The position numbers and the translations under genes were made by a program. A stretch of 21,323 nt of DNA from Octopus sinensis. Lineage: Eukaryota. Where the stretch lies: positions 1 to 21,323 of the forward strand of contig NW_021824137.1 in assembly GCF_006345805.1 (NCBI RefSeq), written 5' to 3'. The notes beneath the pieces are model-generated. The model ran no database searches. It was not told the origin of the DNA and worked only from the letters and a program-made list of their open reading frames with translations. This document shows, piece after piece, positions 1-7,880 of the stretch (within the stretch, counting starts at the first letter, position 1; each line of letters starts with the position of its first letter).

Positions 1-300
1 GTGTATGTTGTGGTGTATATATATGTGTGTATGTGTATATATGTGTATATAGGGACTAGTGCTGTGTGTGGCATGTTGTGTATGGATTTGTGGTGTGTAT
101 GCGTGTATGTGAGTATGTGTGTTATGTGTATATATATATTTTTCTGTGTGTATATGTATGTGTGGTCGTGTGTGTATATATTACATGTGTGTATACGTGT
201 ATGCAAGTGAGTATGTGTATGTATACATATATATGTGTATGTGTAGATATGTACATGTTGTGGGTGTGAGTGTGTATATATGTGTGTATGTGTAGAGGTA
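1..300. repeat. Degenerate (GT)n/(AT)n microsatellite
   Basis: Alternating gt/at dinucleotides; ORFs here are V/Y/C/M-rich artefacts. Confidence 0.95.
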
Positions 301-631
301 TAAGTGAGAATCTCCTTATTTACCTAAAACTCTATTCCCCCCTTTATGAATATAGATATATGATAATATTTTTTTTTTTAATATTTTTTTATTTTTATTT
401 TTATTTTTTTAATAATTTTTTTATTTTTTATTTTTTATTTTTTATTTTTTATTTTTTATTTTTTATTTATTTTTTATTTTTTATTTATTCTCCTATCTAA
501 TTTAACACTGACCCCTTGACCACTCCCCCAAGTATGATTTTTTGCGCTATGCCTACCCCCAAAAAAGTCCCCCACCAACACCCCTTTAAACCTGCCTAAA
601 TGTATAAATGCCAATACAATTCTTGTTAACT

Positions 632-682
632 AGCTTCCTGAAGATTTCTCTTGAATGAAACAGTTCTAGTCCTGTAGAAGCT
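632..682 (+). ncRNA. Type I hammerhead ribozyme motif (family A), predicted GUA cleavage after 676
   Basis: AGCTTC(632-637) CTGAAGA T-TTC-TCTT-GAA-T GAA ACAG-TTCTAGTC-CTGT A GAAGCT(677-682). 6-bp stem I, intact CUGANGA and GAAA, 4-bp stem III, stem II closed by a U.U mismatch. AATAAA follows at 693-698. Confidence 0.75.
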
Positions 683-767
683 CCTTCTATATAATAAATT
701 AATTTTACTCTGCTATGTATTGAGTACCTTATTTACTGTGGTTAACCCCGAATCAACCCGGGACCTA

Positions 768-1135
768 CATATATATATTCATATATATATATATATACGT
801 ATTCATAATTGCATACGCACATGCATGCACGCTGACACCTGCATACACAAACACACACATACACACACACATATGTATATATATATATATATATGCACAT
901 AAATACATGCATATACACATGCAAAAATAATTTTTAAAATTCGTAAAGAAGGATGGAGAAAAAACATCCTTGAGCAGTATAAAAAAAATAGACAAAAACC
1001 AAAAGTAACGGTTGAAAGGAAACAACAATGCCACCACCATCACCACCACCACCCACCACCACCACCACCACCACCACCACCACCACCACCATTAACAACA
1101 ACAACAGCAAGCAGCAACAACAACAAAGGCAACAA
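768..1135. repeat. Mixed (TA)n/(CA)n then (ACC)n/(AAC)n microsatellites
   Basis: Direct reading; a short A-rich spacer lies at about 925-1025. Confidence 0.9.
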
Positions 1136-1140
1136 AAAGC

Positions 1141-1300
1141 AATATTCACTGCGGAACTAACATCGTTCTACCTGAGCTGAAAAATTGAGAAGTATAAATT
1201 TGATAAATTGTCATGTATATCTTGACATCGATAGCTCTACTTCTCTATCTGCGCCAGAATGTAACAATATAGCCTTTATAACTATTCCGCAGTGAATGTT
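1141..1300. mobile_element. Possible MITE with 16-bp terminal inverted repeats
   Basis: AATATTCACTGCGGAA (1141-1156) versus TTCCGCAGTGAATGTT (1285-1300): 15/16 complementary; no clear TSD. Confidence 0.4.
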
Positions 1301-1324
1301 TAGAAACGCATCTTCACAACACAC

Positions 1325-1326
<2 letters not shown>

Positions 1327-1406
<80 letters not shown>

Positions 1407-1410
1407 TATA

Positions 1411-1506
<96 letters not shown>

Positions 1507-1522
1507 GATATATACGTATATA
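1327..1522. repeat. (TA)n microsatellite
   Basis: Near-pure TA run of about 195 bp. Confidence 0.98.
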
Positions 1523-1958
1523 TACTCTTTTACTCTTTTACTTGTTTCAGTCATTTGACTGCGGCCATGCTGGAGCACCACCTTTTTTTAGTCGAGCAAA
1601 TCGACCCCAGGACTTATTCTTTGTAAGCTTAGTACTTAATTTATCAGTCTCTTTTGCCGAACCGCTAAGTTACGGGGACGTAAACACACCACCATCCGTT
1701 GTGAAGCGATGTTGGGGGGGGGGGGGACAAACACAGACACACAAACATACATACACACATAAACATACTCTCTCACACACACACACACATATATATATAT
1801 ATGACGGCTTGTTTCAGTTTCCGTCCAAATCCACTCACAAGGCTTTGGTCGGCCCGAGGCTAGAGAGGAAGACACTTGCCCAGGTGCCACGCAGTGGGAC
1901 TGAACTAGGAACCATGTGGTTCGTAAGCAAGCTACTTACTACATAGCCACTTCTACGC

Positions 1959-1959
<1 letters not shown>
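1523..1959 (-). mobile_element. tRNA-derived SINE with CORE-like centre, internal microsatellite and (AAAAGAGT)2 tail
   Basis: Minus strand: A-box-like TGGCTATGTAGT, B-box-like AGTTCAGTCCC, then GGCACCTGGGCAAGTGTCTT (CORE-like), an internal TA/TG tract and a repeated tail at 1523-1540. A fragment recurs at 7843-7880. Resembles octopus CORE-type SINEs from memory. Confidence 0.8.
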
Positions 1960-1991
<32 letters not shown>

Positions 1992-1996
<5 letters not shown>

Positions 1997-2135
1997 TCCT
2001 TCTGTGTTCCTTTCTGTGGAAGAGCATAGGCTCGAAACGTAAAAGTCTTTTTCAATTCCCGAGCGTTTTACTAATACATGTTTGTTTTCTACACACCACT
2101 GTCTTCGTCTTTTGTTTTTTTTCGTGAATTCCCCC

Positions 2136-2137
<2 letters not shown>
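1992..2137 (+). repeat. ~145-bp island between (TA)n tracts with a hammerhead-like half motif
   Basis: GAGC-ATAG-GCTC GAAAC at 2022-2038, preceded by CTGTGGAA instead of CTGANGA; (TA)n on both sides. Confidence 0.35.
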
Positions 2138-2196
<59 letters not shown>

Positions 2197-2300
2197 AATA
2201 TGGTGTGTGTGTATGTATATATATAAAAACACCTATGTGTGTGTATATACATACATATATAAATACACACGCACGCACACACACACCACACACACACATA

Positions 2301-2344
<44 letters not shown>

Positions 2345-2359
2345 TATATATCATATATT

Positions 2360-2540
2360 GTGTTACCGGTTTCAATCACTTGAATTTAGCCATGGAGAAT
2401 AGTTTGTAAGGGTTTCTTTGTCGTTTATATCACCCCCCCCATTGCATGTTTCAGTTTGGTACTTATTCTATCGCAATCTGTTTGTCAAACCACTCTATTA
2501 TTGCACATAGAAGGACACAACGATAATCTACCATGGCTTT
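2360..2540 (-). mobile_element. Highly decayed SINE fragment related to 1523-1700
   Basis: GTTTCAATCACTTGA...GCCATGGAG and GGTACTTATTCTATCG...TGTCAAACCACT align loosely by eye with 1544-1665. Confidence 0.4.
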
Positions 2541-2736
2541 TAGACAGGTGTAAAACAAGCACAGACGCAGAAATAGAAGCATGTGCCGATGCACTCTCCC
2601 TCGCACACACACGCACACGAACGCATACGAAAATTTTCATCTCAAAGTTTCAGGAGATTAAAAATCCGGAGAGAATTGTATACATGTTTAAAGATAAAGG
2701 AAGAGAAGGTTGTAGTCTATATCTTTATTGTCCGCA

Positions 2737-3315
2737 AGGGGCTAAACTCAGACAGGACAAACAAGGACAGACAAACGGATTAAGTCGATTACATCGACCC
2801 CAGTGCGTATCTGGTACTTATTTAATCGATCCCGAAAAGATGAAATGCAAAGTCGACCTCGGCGGAATTTGAACTCAGAACGTAATGGCAGACGAAATAT
2901 CTATTTCTTTACTACCCACTAGGGGCTAAACTCAGACAGGACAAACAAGGACAGACAAACGGATTAAGTCGATTACATCGACCCCAGTGCGTATCTGGTA
3001 CTTATTTAATCGACCCCGAAAAGATGAAAGGTAAAGTCGACCTCGGCGGAATTTGAACTCAGAACGTAATGGCAGACGAAATATCTATTTCTTTACTACC
3101 CACTAGGGGCTAAACACAGAGAGGACAAACAAGGACAGAAAAACGGATTAAGTCGATTATATCGACCCCAGTGCGTAACTGGTACTTATTTAATCGACCC
3201 CGAAAGGATGAAAGGCAAAGTCGATCGGCGGAATTTGAACTCAGAACGTAGCGGCAGACGAAATACCGCTAAGCATTTCGCCCGGCGTGCAAACGATTCT
3301 GCCCAGCTCGCCGCC
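2737..3315 (-). mobile_element. tRNA-derived SINE trimer: one full copy plus two head-less 184-bp tandem units
   Basis: AGGGGCTAAA at 2737, 2921 and 3105 (period 184). Only the copy ending at 3315 has the GGCGGCGAGCTGG head. Same family as 5991-6220. Confidence 0.9.
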
Positions 3316-3792
3316 TTACACGTTGTTGTATTATATAGATAAAGCAAAGAAACTCTACTTTCGCCAATTCAAAAGCTCATCGGATACTATATATACCAGT
3401 CGGTTTGTATTTTGTTTTGGTTATTAGCTCTGTAGCTTCCAGGCTGTAATTGGTTAGCGGTGCATACTGTAGAAATACTAATAAATTATTATTCCCAATT
3501 TATCCAATCACAAATTAAATAATTTAATGATGTCAGATATTCTGCAACTTCAACATCTGTTGTAACATTAGTTATATATGCCACGCAGTGACAAATATAA
3601 TAAATAAAGATAAATGTCCCGTGACAGTTTAACACATCCTACAAATGTTTCAATGGGAATGTAATTTATTCATTATGGGTATATTATGCAATCAGAAATC
3701 ACTTGCCGATTCATCAGGTATCTGAACTATCCATAGAAAACATCGATTGCAATGTTATGATCCATTAATCTTCTTTCATTATATATATATAT

Positions 3793-4020
3793 AGTGGACA
3801 GTCCTGTAAAGGGAATCACACTACCGCTATTTAGCCCTAGGAAGCATCGACGCTTCCTGTCGGCTTTGACACATTTCCTGTGTCCTTATATTAGCGAAGG
3901 GGAGACAAGCACCCCCACCAGCGCCTGCACCTAGAGACATGCATGTTTCTGAGTCTCGCTCGTCATCAGTCTAGGATAGCAAGGCCTGCTAGCTGCAGAT
4001 GTTTGCCAAGCCTTCGCAAA
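3793..4020 (-). mobile_element. ~230-bp non-coding element between (TA)n tracts carrying a hammerhead (family B)
   Basis: TA tracts at 3781-3792 and 4020-4029; internal HHR at 3930-3975; the inverted repeat GCGAAGG (3894-3900)/CCTTCGC (4012-4018) encloses the ribozyme. Confidence 0.6.
3930..3975 (-). ncRNA. Type I hammerhead ribozyme motif (family B), GUC cleavage, palindromic stem III
   Basis: Minus strand: CCTAGA CTGATGA C-GAG-CGAGA-CTC-A GAA ACATGCATGT C TCTAGG. 6-bp stem I, perfect core, perfect 10-nt palindrome as stem III, C.A mismatch closing stem II. Confidence 0.85.
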
Positions 4021-4360
4021 TATATATATTTTCAGTGAAATCTATTCACTGATCACCAAAATTAGAAATATTGAATTATATATATATATATATATAGCAA
4101 TTAAGGACAACTACTCAATAAGGAAAACTTAACAAGAAATTGTCAGGTAGATAGCGTGAAAACCTCATAAGAGAATAAATTTCGAAAATAATTATTTCTT
4201 ATTGAACATATTAATTTATATATAGAGGGCATTATACATACCTGCCAGAGAGCATTATACATACATGCCACACGCTAAGAGGGACAATTAGTCATTTCTA
4301 CAAAAAATATTACTAATCCCACCGAATGCAATTTTTCAAGGTAAGACATTAAAAAAATAT

Positions 4361-4408
4361 AGACCTGTATCACAGTGATTTCATACTTACGTATTCATCA
4401 GCAGGCCT
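4361..4408 (-). ncRNA. Type I hammerhead ribozyme (family C, copy 1), AUA cleavage between 4368 and 4367
   Basis: Minus strand: AGGCCTG CTGATGA ATAC-GTAA-GTAT GAA ATCACTGTGAT A CAGGTCT. 7-bp stem I (one G.U), 4-bp stem II with GNRA loop, quasi-palindromic stem III. Confidence 0.92.
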
Positions 4409-4835
4409 GAATGTATCATAAATAAACGACCCTGCCCCGCTTAAGCCGATCAGCTAACTGATCAACATCAACGAAGCACATGGGTGAGTTTACATATATT
4501 ACATCCTGTAAATGGCATACTTTTACGAATTGCATTTCGGGAGAGGAAAAGTTTTTTCGGAATAAAAATTTAGCAATTAAGGACAACTACTCAATAAGGA
4601 AAACTTAACAAGAAATTGTCAGGTAGATAGCGTGAAAACCTCATAAGAGAATAAATTTCGAAAATAATTATTTCTTATTGAACATATTAATTTATATATA
4701 GAGGGCATTATACATACATGCCAGAGAGCATTATACATACATGCCACACGCTAAGAGGGACAATTAGTCATTTCTACCAAAAATATTACTAATCCCCCGA
4801 ATGCAATTTTTCAAGGTAAGACATTTAAAAAATAT

Positions 4836-4883
4836 AGACCTGTATCACAGTGATTTCATACTTACGTATTCATCAGCAGGCCT
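4836..4883 (-). ncRNA. Type I hammerhead ribozyme (family C, copy 2)
   Basis: Identical to copy 1, 475 bp away. Confidence 0.92.
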
Positions 4884-5454
4884 GAATGTATCATAAATAA
4901 ACGACCCTGCCCCGCTTAAGCCGATCAGCTAACTGATCAACATCAACGAAGCACATGGGTGAGTTTACATATATTACATCCTGTAAATGGCATACTTTTA
5001 CGAATTGCATTTCGGGAGATACAGGTCTATATTTTTTAAATGTCTTACCTTGAAAAATTGCATTCGGTGGGATTAGTAATATTTTTGGTAGAAATGACTA
5101 ATTGTCCCTCTTAGCGTGTGGCATGTATGTATAATGCTCTCTGGCATGTATGTATAATGCCCTCTATATATAAATTAATATGTTCAATAAGAAATAATTA
5201 TTTTCGAAATTTATTCTCTTATGAGGTTTTCACGCTATCTACCTGACAATTTCTTGTTAAGTTTTCCTTATTGAGTAGTTGTCCTTAATTGCTAATTTTT
5301 ATTCCGAAAAAATTTTCCTCTCCCGAAATGCAATTCGTAAAAGTATGCCATTTACAGGATGTAATATATGTAAACTCACCCATGTGCTTCGTTGATGTTG
5401 ATCAGTTAGCTGATCGGCTTAAGCGGGGCAGGGTCGTTTATTTATGATACATTC

Positions 5455-5502
5455 AGGCCTGCTGATGAATACGTAAGTATGAAATCACTGTGATACAGGT
5501 CT
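5455..5502 (+). ncRNA. Type I hammerhead ribozyme (family C, copy 3), cleavage after 5495
   Basis: AGGCCTG CTGATGA ATACGTAAGTAT GAAATCACTGTGATA CAGGTCT read directly on the plus strand. Confidence 0.92.
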
Positions 5503-5638
5503 ATATTTTTTAAATGTCTTACCTTGAAAAATTGCATTCGGTGGGATTAGTAATATTTTTGGTAGAAATGACTAATTGTCCCTCTTAGCGTGTGGCATGT
5601 ATGTATAATGCTCTCTGGCATGTATGTATAATGCCCTC

Positions 5639-5649
<11 letters not shown>

Positions 5650-5704
<55 letters not shown>
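5650..5704. repeat. (TA)n microsatellite abutting the 3' end of the array
   Basis: Direct reading. Confidence 0.97.
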
Positions 5705-5707
<3 letters not shown>

Positions 5708-5844
5708 ACGGAGGCAGGTATACGCAATATAAAGCCAAAAAGAAAAAGTTCAGTTGCTAGAAATAAGAGTTAAATGTCCTCATAGCCGCAGGAAGCACAT
5801 GTCTATGCACTTACACGGGAGATAATTGCCCCACAGCAAGCGAG

Positions 5845-5895
5845 GTCACCATACTAGTCTAGTTTCGCTCAGAATTAAAGCTCACCAATGGTGAC
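5845..5895 (-). ncRNA. Type I hammerhead fold with altered core (family D)
   Basis: Minus strand: GTCACCA TTGGTGA GCT-TTAATTCTG-AGC GAA ACTAG-A-CTAGT A TGGTGAC. Perfect 7-bp stem I and quasi-palindromic stem III; the core has C3U and A6G relative to CUGAUGA. Confidence 0.7.
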
Positions 5896-5990
5896 TTCTC
5901 AATCGCCGGATGGTTTGCCTAAATCCAGACTGTCAGTATATAGTATTTACCATATGAATCAGTGGATGATTCAGTGTAATGGTAATGTGA

Positions 5991-6220
5991 GGCGGCGAGC
6001 TGGCAGAAACGTTAGCACGCCGGATGAAATGCTTAGCGGTATTTCGTCTGTCGTTACGTTGTGAGTTCAAATTCCGCCGAGGTTGACTTTGCCTTTCATC
6101 CTTTCGGGGTCGATAAATTAAGTACCAGTTCCGCACTGGGGTCGATGTAATCGACTTAATACCTATGTCTGTCCTTGTTTGTCCCCTCTATTTTAGCCCC
6201 TTGTAGGTAATAAGGAAATA
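5991..6220 (+). mobile_element. Full-length tRNA-derived SINE with a 10-11 bp target-site duplication
   Basis: A-box-like TGGCAGAAACGTT (6001-6013), B box GAGTTCAAATTCC (6063-6075), central CTTTGCCTTTCATCCTTTCGGGGTCGATAAATTAAGTACC domain; TSD GGTAATGTGA at 5981-5990 and 6221-6230. Confidence 0.92.
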
Positions 6221-6269
6221 GGTAATGTGAGAATCACACACACAGACACACAAACACACACACACACCA

Positions 6270-7413
6270 GGTTATTAAGAATGAAATGTCCGATTTTAAA
6301 CTGAAAGTTTATTTTACTTTATCTCAACAAAAAGCAATGCAGTTAATCAAAGTATGCACCTAAATTATCAACACAATTTTGCCATTTTATCAGTAGCTTA
6401 TTTATGTCAGCACCGAAGAATTCTGGAGAGCAGGACGTAATGAAACATGAAAGGCTGTTTTTGCATCTTCTTCAGATTTGAAATTTCTTCCTTGCAAAAA
6501 GTTGTCTAATGCCTGGAAAACATGATAGTCAGTTGGTGCAAGGTCTGGTAAACATGGTGGATGACAGAGTACTTCCAAGTTCAGTTCTTGTAATTTGAGT
6601 AGCCTTCTTTGTGCAACATGTGGCGGAACATCGTCTTGCAACAGAATTGGCCTGTCTCTATTGACCAATCCCGGTTGTTTGATTGCAAGTTTACTCATCA
6701 GTTCATCCAGTGGTATACATCCGCTGTAGACCACAAAACAAACGCAACTGTTTTTTTTTGGTGAATATTCTTTTTTGGCACTTTGTCTCTATCCAACCAC
6801 CGCTTGCTATTGTTGAAAAGAATCCATTTTTCATCATAAAAGTGGTTCGCTTTTATGCCGTGACAGCAGAAAAACAGGCGGTGTGAAGACGACGTGTCAT
6901 TTGATGCTCATTCAGTTCGTGTGGTATCCACTTGTCCAGCTTCTTTATCTTGCCTATTTGTTTCAGATCGTCTAATACAGTTGGAATCGAAAGATCAAAC
7001 ATTGCTGCTAACCCACGCGTACTTTGAGATGTATCCCATCATTATCCATCTTGGTCTCAGGTGCTGATTTTCAAGAGTAAAGTCACCAGACCGGAACTTT
7101 TCAAACCATCGACGTACAGTGCGCTCATTCGCCACATCTCCATCAATCACCTCATTGATGTTTCGAGCTGTCTGGGATGCATTGGTTCCACAAGGGAACT
7201 CATACTCATAAACAACACGAACTTTTGATCTATGCATGGGTTCACAAAAATTGATTTATAAAAGAAAACTAACAATATAATCAGACACCATGAATCGCAT
7301 TTCGAAAAGTGATGATTTAACTCTTCAATGTTGTGAAACAAAGAATCGTCAATATAAAACATTAGAGTTAACGACTGTCAAAGTTGGTGCATAAGAAAAT
7401 CGGGTATTTCATT
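6270..7413 (-). mobile_element. Decayed mariner transposon (Hsmar1/cecropia-like transposase pseudogene)
   Basis: Fragments ...NERTVRRWFEKFRSGD, KWIPHELNEHQ (WVPHEL motif), DEKWILFNN, PILLQDDVPPHVAQ and HPPCLPDLAPTDYHVF across frameshifts. TIRs are weak (AATGAAAT..CCGATTTT near 6280-6297 and 7396-7413), so boundaries are approximate. Confidence 0.85.
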
Positions 7414-7650
7414 ATCTCTCTCTCTCTGTGCCCCAGCATGGCCACAGCTCATTAGCTGAAACTGGAAAAATCAAAATCAAATATATATATATATATATAT
7501 ATACACACATTAGAGAAAAACCACTATAATGTAATTCAAACAGTGATAGACATAAATCACACCATATAGAAAAAATAAAATATATGATAAAACATTTATC
7601 TAGATTACAATAAAGTACATAATAATAAATAAACAGTATAGAATTAGTAA

Positions 7651-7762
7651 ATAGACTACGTATGTTTTGTGGCGATATCTTCAGTTCGAATTACAATTAA
7701 ATTTAAATTTAATCGATCCAAAAACAATTCAATTTAAAAATATAGTCACTCCTCAGGTCAAC
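7651..7762 (-). ncRNA. Degenerate type I hammerhead with a long stem II insertion (family E)
   Basis: Minus strand: GTTGAC CTGAGGA GTGAC-(~70 nt AT-rich)-GCCAC AAAA CATACGT A GTCTAT. GAAA is changed to AAAA at a CpG, and stems I and II each have a mismatch. Confidence 0.45.
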
Positions 7763-7842
7763 AATAATAACAATAATACTTAAATAATAACAATAATCTT
7801 TAATAAATAATCAAACAGAATTAAACAATATTTCTTATGGCG

Positions 7843-7880
7843 TCTTTCAGTTTCCGTCTACCAAATCCAATCACAAGGCT
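7843..7880 (-). mobile_element. Short fragment of the CORE-like SINE fused to the truncated LINE 3' end
   Basis: TTTCAGTTTCCGTCTACCAAATCCAATCACAAGGCT matches about 1812-1844. Confidence 0.7.

Larger units (their letters stand above)
4095..5649. mobile_element. Retrozyme-like array of ~475-bp hammerhead-containing units: minus arm 4095-5019 (~1.9 units) and plus arm 5018-5649 (~1.3 units), joined head-to-head
   Basis: GCAATTAAGGACAAC at 4097 and 4573 (period 476). 5018-5649 is the reverse complement of about 4214-4846. Copies differ at only a handful of sites. No ORF, three intact HHRs, (TA)n at both outer ends. Confidence 0.9.

Noticed and set aside
2456-2872. 138-aa ORF with mixed composition
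   Set aside because: TTG start, spans a CA repeat and runs into SINE sequence; no recognisable motif.
2737-3315. Regularly spaced repeats suggestive of a CRISPR array
   Set aside because: Whole 184-bp units repeat with no unique spacers; this is a eukaryotic SINE.
3328-3387. Hammerhead-like CCGATGA GC...GC GAAA on the minus strand
   Set aside because: U4C core change and stem III pairs only with a bulge and wobble; may be a very old copy but is not supportable.
3633-3724. CTGATGA ... GAAACATTTGTA on the minus strand with a long stem II
   Set aside because: Stem I has 2 mismatches in 7 and the stem II base does not pair in register.
4032-4052. 8-bp hairpin TCAGTGAA/TTCACTGA as a Helitron end
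   Set aside because: No CTRR terminus downstream and no other support.
4479-4610. ATGG|GTGAGT...TTTAG possible intron, plus an AAG|GTAAG donor, antisense to the ribozyme
   Set aside because: Splicing yields only a 12-codon ORF and the acceptor lacks a pyrimidine tract.
5991-6080. tRNA gene
   Set aside because: A and B boxes are present but there is no cloverleaf; it is a SINE head with a TSD.
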